From Candidatus Omnitrophota bacterium (GTDB lineage Bacteria > Omnitrophota > Gorgyraeia > Gygaellales > Profunditerraquicolaceae): DNA of 64,000 nt. Position 1 is the first letter of the stretch. Each line of letters begins with the position of its first letter. The notes beneath the pieces were generated by a model that saw only the letters and a program-made list of their open reading frames with translations, had not been told where the DNA came from and searched no databases. Positions 19,801 to 27,891 of the stretch are shown piece by piece. The DNA lies in assembly GCA_041650295.1 (NCBI GenBank), contig JBAZLM010000004.1, forward strand, positions 51,860 to 115,859, read 5' to 3'. The translations under genes were made by a program, and so were the position numbers.

Positions 19801-22400
19801 AAACAATTTTTGGTTTGCGCAATGTTTTAGGAAATGAATTTGAGAGCAATAAAATTATGCATCCGGTAAAATTTAATGAAGACAATTGGCTGATCGAAGA
19901 TACTGATGCCAGCTCACAATTGGAATTATTTTACCAGCAGATCATGATTGCTCAAATGGTGGATGCATTTATTGCTAGAGAGGGGATTGATTACCCGGGG
20001 CAAGATACTTTGGCTGGTTTTGGTGGCATTGATTTAGACGAAAAGATTGCCGCCCAGGCATTTTTTGATCAACCGGATAATGGTGAGTTAAAAGTTATTA
20101 TTGACCGTTGGTTTAAAGAGTTAATCGCTAAAGATGGATATGTAGCATTTAAGAAATTATATGATGCTTGCGGCCGGTTAAGCTTTATTAAATTATTGCG
20201 TTTAAAATTTCCCCTGCTTTCCACTAACATAATTTTGACCCCGAATCAAGAATTTAAAAGACAATCTCTGTTGGTGCAGTATCTACTTAAACGACAAGGT
20301 ATTCTAACCAGCAGTGTCCCGGTAGCTAGAAAAAAAGACCCAAAGAGCTTACCTTTTGAAGCGGATAAAAAATTCAGTGGTGTGTTATTGGATGTTGATG
20401 GCACAATTACCATGCCCGGCGGAGAGATATCTGATGCGATCATCGAAAAAGTTGAGGAAATGATTACCCGTGGAAACAAGGTAGGAATAGTTACTGGCAG
20501 AAGAGCGCTATCCCCGGATGTTTTTGAGGAGGTAATTAAATTAAAGGTTAACCGACAGGCGTTAAATAATCTTTACATTTTTACCCAGGATGGGGCTCAA
20601 GGTTATAGTGTAGGTGATACTAATCTGCGATGGGAATTTAAAACCGGTTTAAATGAACGAAAAAAGATTTTAAAGAAGTTGGAGCGAAGCGAATTGGTTA
20701 AGTTCCATTGCCAAATTATTCCTGAATCAGCAAAATTAATTTTTAAAATGGATAATCATGACGATACGGACGATTTAATTTTAACTTTAAAGATTGCTTT
20801 AGTTGATTTAGGTTTGGATGCTAAATATTCTGTGGTGGATGCCGGGGCAAATGTGCATTTAATCGCTAGTCAAGCGGACAAAGGAGCGGCAGCCAAAAAA
20901 TTTAGCAATGTAACCGGTTTAGCTCAAGAAAATATATTAAAAATTGGAGACAACTATAATTTGGATGGCAATGATTATCCAATGTTGGCTTTGCCCGGAG
21001 GGGTGGGAGTCAATGATAGCGAGACTACGCTTTGGTTGCTAGATACCTATTTTAAAAATACTGTATTGACCCCAAATATACAATTATTTGCACTTACCGA
21101 TGAGGGGACTGATCCTTTAAGTAATTCTCTGCATTTTGTTAACAATAAAGACATTACGAGTGTAATTTTACCCAAAAACAAATTCGCTGCTTCGGTGGAC
21201 ATGTTAAAAGTGTTTGAAGAATCTTTGCAATACGAATTAGGTAAAGTTCCGCTTTTTTCTATTTTCGGTTCACTTTCTTATGCGCGTGATAAAGAAGGTA
21301 ATATTATTTGGGATACGATCGGTGATTTTGATATTAAGCTTTATACTGAAGAATTATTATGGAATGATGATATCACAGAGATAAAACTTAACTTTTTAAA
21401 TGCTCTTAAAAATCTGGGAATAAAAGTGGATATTCAGGGTAGTGATTCTCCATCTGGATCAGGGCGTGATCTGAGTTCATTAAACTGGGGTATTCTGGAC
21501 AAGCAGGGCAAAAAATATATAGTACATATTATTAATTTTAGAACTAAAGATCTACTTTCTAAAAATGACGCTTTTGTAAATATCCGCAGTAATTTATTTT
21601 ATGGAGATACGCAAGCTTTAAATAATGCGTTGAACATTGTTGGCATTGAAACGGCGGTTGAACAAGCTGCGGTTAGCTGCGAAAAAACGATCTCAATTAT
21701 AAGCAATGCGATAGCTAAAGTAGAAAATATTCGGTCAGAGAATGTGAAACTATTAAAGAGATTATACCAAATTGCTTATGTACAAGGTCGAGAAGCTGAT
21801 TTTTATTGGCTTTTAGAAAAATACCGGAAATTAAGTTTAGAATTTAATCAACAGGATTTAGCTGACGCTTGTAATGAGGGAATCTCTAAACTTATTATGA
21901 ATCCTGAAGAATTACGTGCACTGTTACGTGATAGACTTAAAGCAAATATTAAATTAGTTGATAGTAAATCTATGGCTACTGTTGCGATTCCTGGCGCCGC
22001 ATCGGATAAAGGTGGCGTTGACTTTCGCGGTCTGCCAATTGGCATCCAAAGTCAAAGGATGATTGGCGCATCAGCAGTATTGATTCCGTCTCCAAGGTTA
22101 GATCAAGAGTGGAGCCAGATTGAGCGCATGCTTAACCAAGGAATTATCCCTTCTATTGAAAGGCTGAAAGATTATCTCTCTTTATCTTGTAAGGGCGCAG
22201 ATTGTTCGGCTAGAGTTGATCAAACCTTAAGCGGAATTGCCAATATTCTTAGAATTGAAGAAGAGAGCTTAACCCCCACTGATGCAGCTTTAAAACAACT
22301 GTTAATTTTACTGGAATCTAATCAACCGGCGAATCAATTACAGTTAGCTTTAACCAAAATTCAAGCATCAGAAAAGATGCCGGAGTTAGCTATTCATTAA
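13875..22400 (+). CDS. Giant secreted multidomain protein (2841 aa) with a signal peptide, two paralogous internal domains, a PI3K/PI4K-like atypical kinase motif set, a HAD-superfamily phosphatase domain and a possible nucleotidyltransferase-like segment
   Basis: Single uninterrupted 8526-nt ORF. The N-terminus has a signal peptide (MKFKSSKLFKIIALLICFVLCFEQSGFAQ). The clearest domain is HAD, with motif I LLDVDGTIT, motif II S/T (VGIVTGR), motif III K (DKGAAAKKF) and motif IV GDNYNLDGNDYPML. A kinase-like region has WLFKG, a DSHSRN catalytic loop and IDFS. GS...DFD suggests an NTase fold. Paralogous segments share ARDAGY/ARDGGY and TGF(K/F)GT motifs. Confidence 0.85.
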   Translation: MKFKSSKLFKIIALLICFVLCFEQSGFAQIAAQLDISGKLSGLVNSIAQDKFRPLHLRYLQYDTKLNNFKLLLDKGSSKELSKPFIEQSTKTLLNYFLAGVTLPNDTFWVNLRPDSPDNVIDPALAQTDIGRIMLEADVQLKKDTASFTSPNTPEGKQYWDKLYTKAGELFGSQNITIPTLTRPWIVPNEIIIRETIDNAYIYKATLKVMLEDDYLKEGKGIGTGIDYSFKDEKLKQLNQYSSELIRQLIIPKLTKEINTSKRYANLRQVYYSLILAQWFKQRFANNSGAYSKLINQKNLTNLTSKTSWSKDTYFQQYQKSFKDGEYNIKTPVSTPYGQVIRSYFSGGIRPIPQIPAPGEVSQDGLVTSVKGGELFATVTGSDKLAGVSIDDGVVKTTDQAQPSNGFKIEDQTTPPKVENGISVRRVDLSKLPVGTIIKYRISNDNWNYTLRVEANGRVSIWLREDQGRITASIKAIGSRVPSLTPGDAYDADFFGEIEPGVLAYQPYFNQTDIAGSKVRELVSIGDYPIQATPEDIMVYLPDGKTQLPREKPRALQDKFKRKVKELNEFIVHHGIPGENPLEANGFEFLVKSGITKVEILAERLGMDKDSLEEILSAVEEQKGWDIIEKTIDTSTFSFAFEKLAKLQAEKNLYPKPQKTIKEKAYEFKDKVIKFVKDETGALQLTGYRQDKKFNQKIAMDKKLAGFYAIAEDLLEQLQKFPDKQDLVIELIENKFNALVREFPKQRIELNNAKNELVNELAINLSSGQQESIYLHGYYEILKNILNKLIPWTDDLKKKNPDSEFIFVARDAGYIYSVFNALGKLGKEKAEGFVYYLSRASMSEDLIRNGPYDTARRMINQAHSDTKTDNINELTGNIRKEFKDYLEQDDRSFLDETSRKEYLEFKNMVIKVNSELKALGYDQLQKLVLVETGFKGTMPFLIKFILDLDKTDEQLANEAKENGGQENIQVAILEPRDIPAFTDGVYGLTAEQAETEMNKFEDFWGGQAVETPESVVDLLEKEDISHPIEFNLIDSRVERNSNPVELLKYFVNQLVVGLETIEYYKKTRKVDVEKPVNKSLAQLSPIAATKIIGSALDKGNNSLDGLIAETPDYTGKLVQLQNPKQMSAGNFDGTSHLQFTDDPQGKAGQVWLFKGYPRQKWHRALVDEFVYHIAEKLGLKSAIPVFAGRIKNGYMTEFGMFMRWEENIGSLYEVYRGDFIQKLSENKENLKTVLREQVLDWLVSQHDSHSRNFLIADDKDKSLIPIDFSQAFKFLGKDELSLDYNPNGDVNGYNNVAYMPIYNLIYQAIINKEIDFTLTEAWEVVQEVLERVEEMDTDEYIQALKPYAEFRFKIMKDASWSIRNSDEFLKLARERKVNMRKDFEKFYKKLGFSSETDYRFSLLEIMENPLQEKQEFYVDQFNALWIFNENQDLATKPYKSLAAKTYHQFMGKVLDRNSIVLETTFKAKDGRIRTGTMQKVFYQEPSANKQLKELNLADFRDWSQNRVSIKFWGLEPPKIKQVLEEMVIDWLFSNYSSTESTWFEHGYAKFYLICLDDKSDSFKDFPNDRLEAKKDSDDKIKPPFAYNLVKYLALQNRLSMDLIEEILKKIESIPDNEVEELIRPLAKSYVATNPDKFKRPEDFIKAFLSRKDNLRKDFKEFFHQNYLLNTPFNSQVQTHQAMTDKYIISSDLYQQIHNARGDQTAIIKLINQRFNELAENLSWEEVEPLAQKKEELIIRITGPPVLTNQDVQMDLQTNPIVRDRKFKAMSRLLASWVYSLREQKPDYYLIGLARDGGYIPLIDQLFNYAGIIPKTGSSVYHLSCPRMSGETQKKIYSMMYEIIANALKNVEHNDIQGLYAQIRLGFNKAMAENSSFLVMVTEIRKELIGLGFDQKNKIVITDTGFFGTIAFYIKCILDMDKSQARLEQELVDNHGHENIEVAILQPSSIESFNKSLFGFDTTRLTQDDQAIARKLETIFGLRNVLGNEFESNKIMHPVKFNEDNWLIEDTDASSQLELFYQQIMIAQMVDAFIAREGIDYPGQDTLAGFGGIDLDEKIAAQAFFDQPDNGELKVIIDRWFKELIAKDGYVAFKKLYDACGRLSFIKLLRLKFPLLSTNIILTPNQEFKRQSLLVQYLLKRQGILTSSVPVARKKDPKSLPFEADKKFSGVLLDVDGTITMPGGEISDAIIEKVEEMITRGNKVGIVTGRRALSPDVFEEVIKLKVNRQALNNLYIFTQDGAQGYSVGDTNLRWEFKTGLNERKKILKKLERSELVKFHCQIIPESAKLIFKMDNHDDTDDLILTLKIALVDLGLDAKYSVVDAGANVHLIASQADKGAAAKKFSNVTGLAQENILKIGDNYNLDGNDYPMLALPGGVGVNDSETTLWLLDTYFKNTVLTPNIQLFALTDEGTDPLSNSLHFVNNKDITSVILPKNKFAASVDMLKVFEESLQYELGKVPLFSIFGSLSYARDKEGNIIWDTIGDFDIKLYTEELLWNDDITEIKLNFLNALKNLGIKVDIQGSDSPSGSGRDLSSLNWGILDKQGKKYIVHIINFRTKDLLSKNDAFVNIRSNLFYGDTQALNNALNIVGIETAVEQAAVSCEKTISIISNAIAKVENIRSENVKLLKRLYQIAYVQGREADFYWLLEKYRKLSLEFNQQDLADACNEGISKLIMNPEELRALLRDRLKANIKLVDSKSMATVAIPGAASDKGGVDFRGLPIGIQSQRMIGASAVLIPSPRLDQEWSQIERMLNQGIIPSIERLKDYLSLSCKGADCSARVDQTLSGIANILRIEEESLTPTDAALKQLLILLESNQPANQLQLALTKIQASEKMPELAIH

Positions 22401-22475
22401 ACAGGACGCTTATCCTTCCTAAAAGGTTATCAGCCAAGTCAGAAGGTGGTTAGTTTGAGCGCCCTGTTTTATTTT
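22400..22475 (+). terminator. Putative terminator region after the giant gene
   Basis: Imperfect inverted repeat AACAGGACGC...GCGCCCTGTT followed by TTTTATTTTAT. Confidence 0.3.
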
Positions 22476-22535
22476 ATAAATTTCTTTTGGTGATAATTTA
22501 TGCTAAAATCAATCAAGATTACCCACCGATAATTA

Positions 22536-23594
22536 TTGGTAAATAAAATAATGTATATCCGCACTATTGATTGGAAAAATAATAAAGTTAGATTAATTGA
22601 TCAGACCAAGCTGCCCGGAAAGTTAATTTATATCAATATTGATGATATAAAAGATCTTTGGCAGGCGATCAAAATAATGCAGGTGCGCGGGGCTCCGGCA
22701 TTAGGGGCAGCTGCGGCGTTGGGGGTGTATCTGGGGATAAAAGATTTCACTGGTCTGGACAGAAGCCAGTTTATTTTGAAATTAAATAAAGTTGCTCAAT
22801 ACATCGCTAGCTCTCGACCGACGGCTAGAAATTTATTTTACGGGATTGAAAGAGTGCAGGCAGTTGCTTTAAAAAATAAAAATCTTTCGGTAGATAAAAT
22901 TAAACAAGCTGTTCTGGCTGAGGCAAAAATGATTATGCAAGAAGATCGGCAAGCTTGTCGAAAGATTGGCTCCTATGGGGAAAAGTTATTAAAAGATAAG
23001 AGCAGGGTTTTAACGATTTGTAATGCCGGAATTTTAGCGACCATTGATTATGGCACGGCACTAGGAGTAATTTATACGGCTAAGCATAAAGGCAAAAAGA
23101 TAAAAGTTTACTCTTGTGAAACTCGACCCTTGCTTCAAGGGGCACGTTTATCTACTTGGGAGTTGTATAAACAAGGAATTGATGTCTCCATGATTGCGGA
23201 TAATACTGTCGCCACACTAATGGTACAGGGTGAGATTGATTTAGTAGTTACGGGAGCAGATCGGATTGCTGCTAACGGTGATGCCGCGAATAAAATTGGT
23301 ACTTTGAATTTAGCAATTCTGGCTAAATTTCACAAGATACCTTTTTTTATCGCTGCACCCAAAAGTACTTTTGATTTAAGTATAAAAAATGGCAAAAGAA
23401 TTAAAATCGAAATGCGTCAAAGCCAAGAGGTAACCAAGATGCTGTTAAAAAAAGATATTGCCCCAGCAAAAGCCAAAGTTTTAAATCCTGCTTTTGATGT
23501 AACTCCACACGAATTAATTAGTGGTTTGATTACAGATAAAGGAATTATTTATAAACCTTATTTAAAAAATATTAAAAAAATTTTAGGAAGTTAA
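22536..23594 (+). CDS. eIF-2B alpha/beta/delta-like isomerase, either S-methyl-5-thioribose-1-phosphate isomerase (MtnA) or ribose-1,5-bisphosphate isomerase
   Basis: MtnA/e2b2 family hallmarks (QTKLP, VRGAPALGAAAA, C-terminal GADRIAANGD). No other methionine-salvage genes are nearby. Confidence 0.7.
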   Translation: MVNKIMYIRTIDWKNNKVRLIDQTKLPGKLIYINIDDIKDLWQAIKIMQVRGAPALGAAAALGVYLGIKDFTGLDRSQFILKLNKVAQYIASSRPTARNLFYGIERVQAVALKNKNLSVDKIKQAVLAEAKMIMQEDRQACRKIGSYGEKLLKDKSRVLTICNAGILATIDYGTALGVIYTAKHKGKKIKVYSCETRPLLQGARLSTWELYKQGIDVSMIADNTVATLMVQGEIDLVVTGADRIAANGDAANKIGTLNLAILAKFHKIPFFIAAPKSTFDLSIKNGKRIKIEMRQSQEVTKMLLKKDIAPAKAKVLNPAFDVTPHELISGLITDKGIIYKPYLKNIKKILGS

Positions 23595-23596
23595 GA

Positions 23597-24490
23597 ATGC
23601 GATTAAATAAAGTTGGTGAATTTGGTTTAATAAAAAAATTTCAAGAAAAAATTAAAACTGATGCTTCAGTGATTAAAGGCAGCGGTGATGATTGTGCGGT
23701 TTTAAAGTTTGATCAAAATAATTATCAGCTATTAACTACAGATATGATTGTAGAAGGGGTAGACTTCAAGAAAGATGCCTTGCCTAATCTTATTGGTAGA
23801 AAAGCCTTAGCCATTTCAATTAGTGATATTGTCGCTTGTGGTGGTATCCCAAAACAGGTCGTGGTGGCGTTGGGTTTACCGAAAACAATTTTTCTTAAAA
23901 AAGTTGAGCAGATTGCCAAGGGCTTATTTGATCTGGCTAAAGCGTATAAAATTAATGTAGTGGGAGGGGATATTAGTGTCGCGAATCAATTAGTTATTAA
24001 TACCACTCTTTTAGGAGTTGTGGAGAAAAATAAGTTGTGTTTGCGCCAAGGAGCTAAAGTTGGCGATCTAATTATGGTTAGCGGAGAGTTTGGCGGTTCA
24101 ATTAAAGGTAAGCATTTAAAATTTACTCCTCGGCTAAAAGAGTCGCGTTATTTAGTTGATAATTTTAAAGTTAATGCAATGATTGATGTCTCTGACGGAC
24201 TAATTCAGGATTTAGGACACATCTTAGAGCAAAGTCAGGTGGGTGCAGTTATTTATGAGAGTCTGGTTCCCTTAAGTAAAATAGCAAAAAATATAGATGA
24301 TGCACTTTGTTCAGGCGAAGAGTTTGAGCTGCTTTTTACTGTTTCAAGGGATATGGCTAATAAAATTATTAAATCATTAAAATATAAATTTAACGTGATT
24401 GGCGAGATTATGCCAAAGTCCTTTGGCCTAAGAACGATTAATTTAAATAATAAATATTCTAAGCTTAAATTGGGGTATCGACATTTTTAA
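23597..24490 (+). CDS. thiL: Thiamine-monophosphate kinase
   Basis: AIR-synthase-related fold with DDCAVL...TTDMIVEGVDF N-terminal motifs. Confidence 0.8.
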   Translation: MRLNKVGEFGLIKKFQEKIKTDASVIKGSGDDCAVLKFDQNNYQLLTTDMIVEGVDFKKDALPNLIGRKALAISISDIVACGGIPKQVVVALGLPKTIFLKKVEQIAKGLFDLAKAYKINVVGGDISVANQLVINTTLLGVVEKNKLCLRQGAKVGDLIMVSGEFGGSIKGKHLKFTPRLKESRYLVDNFKVNAMIDVSDGLIQDLGHILEQSQVGAVIYESLVPLSKIAKNIDDALCSGEEFELLFTVSRDMANKIIKSLKYKFNVIGEIMPKSFGLRTINLNNKYSKLKLGYRHF

Positions 24491-24958
24491 ATGGAAAAAT
24501 TATCGCATAGCGTTAATCAAACATTAAAGATAGGCAAGCAACTTGGCCGTAAGTTGCAAGGTAGCGAAATTATTCTTTTGTCGGGTACTTTGGGCGCAGG
24601 TAAGACGGTTTTAGCTAAAGGGATTGCTCAGGGTTTGGGAATTAACAAGAACAATGTGATTAGTCCGACCTTTGTTTTGCTGCGGGTGCATAAAGGTAGA
24701 CATATTTTGCAGCATTTTGATCTTTACCGGGCTAAAACTACAGACGATATTTTTGGTTTGGGTTATGATGAGTATCTGTATTCTGCGGCGGTAACGGTGA
24801 TTGAATGGCCAGAACGTTTAAAATTTCTCTTGCCAAAGGAATTTATCAAGATTAAGCTGATCTCAAAAGCTAAAGATAAAAGATTACTAAAGTTCAGCGC
24901 CAAAGGAAAGAAACATAAGGAGTTATTAAATAAAATTTTTGAATCCCGCACCTTCTAA
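24491..24958 (+). CDS. tsaE: tRNA threonylcarbamoyladenosine biosynthesis protein TsaE
   Basis: P-loop LSGTLGAGKT, about 155 aa. Adjacent to tsaB. Confidence 0.8.
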   Translation: MEKLSHSVNQTLKIGKQLGRKLQGSEIILLSGTLGAGKTVLAKGIAQGLGINKNNVISPTFVLLRVHKGRHILQHFDLYRAKTTDDIFGLGYDEYLYSAAVTVIEWPERLKFLLPKEFIKIKLISKAKDKRLLKFSAKGKKHKELLNKIFESRTF

Positions 24959-25016
24959 TTTTTATTGTTTTTAGAAGTAATTGTGGGAATAGGTACAAAT
25001 AAAAAGAAGGTGCGGG

Positions 25017-25691
25017 ATGAAGATATTAGCGATTGATACGACTACTAAAATTCTTTGCTTAGGGTTATATATAGATGGTAAGGTCTATGAGTATAATCTT
25101 GAGGTGGGTAGGAATTTGTCGCAATTATTGGCGACAACTATTCAAAGAGTAGTCGCAGCAGCCAAAATTAAAATCTCAGAGATTGATTATTTTGCTTGTG
25201 GCTTAGGTCCGGGGTCTTTTACCGGGATGCGTATTGGTTTGGCTACGATTAAAGGGTTAAGTGTGATTAAGGATAAACCGGTTGTCGGAGTATCTTCATT
25301 AGATGTTTTGGCTTTAAATGCACCGGTTACAGAGCGCTTGATTGTTACGGCTTTAGATGCCAGAAGAGAATTAATTTATTGTAGTGCTTATCAATATGTA
25401 AAAGGCTTATTAAAGCGTAAAAGTGATTATTCGCTTTTGAATTTAAAAGAATTTTTACAAAAATTTAAAAGTAAAAGCATAATGTTGGGAGATGCGCTGG
25501 CTTTGTATGGTGATAAAATTTCGGCGCAAACTAAGGGAACTGTTTTGTTAGATAAAGATTACGGAAAACTTAATGCACATAATCTTGTTACTTTGGCTTT
25601 AGCGAAAATAAAAGCCAAGCAATTTAGCAGTGCATTAAACATAAAACCAATTTATTTATACCCTAAAGAATGCCAGATCAAAACCAGATAG
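25017..25691 (+). CDS. tsaB: tRNA threonylcarbamoyladenosine biosynthesis protein TsaB
   Basis: YeaZ-type N-terminus MKILAIDTTT, inactive Kae1 paralogue fold. Confidence 0.8.
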   Translation: MKILAIDTTTKILCLGLYIDGKVYEYNLEVGRNLSQLLATTIQRVVAAAKIKISEIDYFACGLGPGSFTGMRIGLATIKGLSVIKDKPVVGVSSLDVLALNAPVTERLIVTALDARRELIYCSAYQYVKGLLKRKSDYSLLNLKEFLQKFKSKSIMLGDALALYGDKISAQTKGTVLLDKDYGKLNAHNLVTLALAKIKAKQFSSALNIKPIYLYPKECQIKTR

Positions 25692-26794
25692 GTTACCGGC
25701 CGACCTGGGCCGAAGTTAACCTGAACAATCTAAAGTATAATTTTAAGCAAATTAAGTCGCTACTTAACCCCAAGACTAAAATTTTGGTTACGGTAAAGGC
25801 AGATGCTTATGGGCATGGATTAATTCCTGTCGCAAAGCAATTAGTTACTTCTGGTGTGGATTATTTGGGCGTTGCTTCCATTGATGAAGGAATTAAATTA
25901 AGAAAAGCCGGCATTCGGCTGCCGATTTTATTATTAGGTCTAATTCTTAAAAAAGATATTACTCCAGTTTTTGCTTATCGGCTTACGCCTACTGTTTGCG
26001 ATATGCAGACGGCTGTTGCGCTTAATACGAAAGCCGCTAGATTAAATAAAAAATTAGCATTACAAATCAAAGTAGATACGGGGATGGGCAGGATTGGAGT
26101 CTTGCATGATGATGCCTTTAAATTAGTTACAGATATTTATAAGTTAAAGCATATTGTTATTGACGGTATCTTTACCCATTTTGCTTTTGCGGATATTAAT
26201 CGTAAACTTACGGATCGCCAAATTAATTTATTTGAGCGATTAATTGATGATCTTAAGGCAGCAGGCATGACTATTCCTTTAGTGCATGCTGCTAATAGTA
26301 TCGGCTTAATTGATTATCGGGACAGTCATTTTACGATGGTTAGGCCAGGTTTAGTCATTTATGGTTTGTATCCTAAAGAGCAGTTAAGGATAAAATTAAA
26401 ACCGGTATTAAGTTTAAAAACGCAGATTATTTTTATTAAAAAAGTTTCTGCGGGAAGCAGAATAAGTTATGCCGGTACTTATATCACTAAGCAACCAACT
26501 TATATTGTTACTTTACCGATTGGTTACGGTGACGGTTATCCGCGCAATCTTTCTAATTTAGCTTATCTTTTAATTGGTGGACGAAGATTTCGCATCGCTG
26601 GACGGATTTGTATGGACCAGATTATGGTGGATGTGGGTAGTTTTAAGCCAAAGATTGGCGATGAAGTTATTTTGATTGGTACTCAAGGCAAACAAACTAT
26701 TACTACCGAAGAATTAGCTAAACTTTCTAAAACCATTTCTTATGAAATCGTCTGTGGTTTAGGCAGTCGCATTCCCCGTATTTATAAATCTTAA
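25670..26794 (+). CDS. alr: Alanine racemase
   Basis: PLP-binding motif VKADAYGHG and a C-terminal beta domain. Confidence 0.85.
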   Translation: MPDQNQIGYRPTWAEVNLNNLKYNFKQIKSLLNPKTKILVTVKADAYGHGLIPVAKQLVTSGVDYLGVASIDEGIKLRKAGIRLPILLLGLILKKDITPVFAYRLTPTVCDMQTAVALNTKAARLNKKLALQIKVDTGMGRIGVLHDDAFKLVTDIYKLKHIVIDGIFTHFAFADINRKLTDRQINLFERLIDDLKAAGMTIPLVHAANSIGLIDYRDSHFTMVRPGLVIYGLYPKEQLRIKLKPVLSLKTQIIFIKKVSAGSRISYAGTYITKQPTYIVTLPIGYGDGYPRNLSNLAYLLIGGRRFRIAGRICMDQIMVDVGSFKPKIGDEVILIGTQGKQTITTEELAKLSKTISYEIVCGLGSRIPRIYKS

Positions 26795-27891
26795 GGTAGT
26801 TTTGAAATTAAGTAAAGACTAGTGGATAAAACCACGATGTGGCTCAGGCAAGCAGCTAAAGAGGGCATTAAGAGGCCAGATTTTCCAATGGCTAGAAATA
26901 TTGCATCTAAAACATAATAAAAAAATCCTACCACAATAGAAACTCCAATTGCTGACATCCCGGTAGCACGTTTACGCATCATTAAAGAAAAAGGGATCCC
27001 TAATAAAATAATGATGATACTAGTAAATGGCGAGCAGAAGCGTTGATAAAGATCTACTTTTAAATTACGCACAATTCCGGTGGCCCCGCTTTTCGAGAGT
27101 CTCCAGATATAATCTTCCAATTGGTGAATATCCATCTGTTCCGGTTTTTGGCGCAGACTGGCCATAATTTTGGGAGTCTCCGGTATATCCATTATTTCTT
27201 CATCCAGATAAAGCGGCTCGTCAATAACTTGTCCGTTTTGGTCAAAGCCATAAGTAATGCTTTGGTAAAATCTCCAAAGTCCGTCTTTATAAACGCCTTT
27301 GGTAGCAATTATTTTTTTAACGATATTTTGATGTCGATCGTGTTCTAATATGGTAATGCCTTCCATGGTATTTGTTTCTGGTGAGAATCGATTAATAAAA
27401 AATAATCTATTTTTTAAGCCATACATGGATAAGTTAGTAATTGCTTGACCAAGCTTAAGTCTGTTTTTTGCAGAGCCTTGTTCGATTTGCACTTTTATTT
27501 TTTGATTTTCTGCTAAAGATGAAGGAACAAATCGATCACCTACCCAAAAAACGGCAAAGCTGATCACTAGGCCAAAGATCAAAGCATTACGCGCAATTTC
27601 ATAGATACTTAGCCCGCTTGAACGCATAGCAATGATTTCGTTATTGTGATTAAGCCGTCCAAATGTATAAACGGTGCTTAAAAGACAAGCAAAGGGAGAG
27701 ACCTGCACAAACATTACCGGTAGATATGATAAATAATAGCGGATTAAAAGGACCAGGGTAGTTTTGTGCCTGATTACTTCGTCAAGATTGGAAAGTAGAT
27801 CAATAACCACATAAAGAAATAAAAAAAGAAAGATACAGGATAAGAATATTAAAAGTATTGATTTGAGGATATAGCGATCTAAGATGCGCAT
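26791..27891 (-). CDS. lptG: LPS export ABC permease of the LptF/LptG (YjgP/YjgQ) family, probably LptG
   Basis: Six-TM YjgP/YjgQ architecture with a periplasmic beta-jellyroll insert. It is the second gene of a tandem pair on the minus strand. Confidence 0.7.
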   Translation of the reverse strand: MRILDRYILKSILLIFLSCIFLFLFLYVVIDLLSNLDEVIRHKTTLVLLIRYYLSYLPVMFVQVSPFACLLSTVYTFGRLNHNNEIIAMRSSGLSIYEIARNALIFGLVISFAVFWVGDRFVPSSLAENQKIKVQIEQGSAKNRLKLGQAITNLSMYGLKNRLFFINRFSPETNTMEGITILEHDRHQNIVKKIIATKGVYKDGLWRFYQSITYGFDQNGQVIDEPLYLDEEIMDIPETPKIMASLRQKPEQMDIHQLEDYIWRLSKSGATGIVRNLKVDLYQRFCSPFTSIIIILLGIPFSLMMRKRATGMSAIGVSIVVGFFYYVLDAIFLAIGKSGLLMPSLAACLSHIVVLSTSLYLISKLP

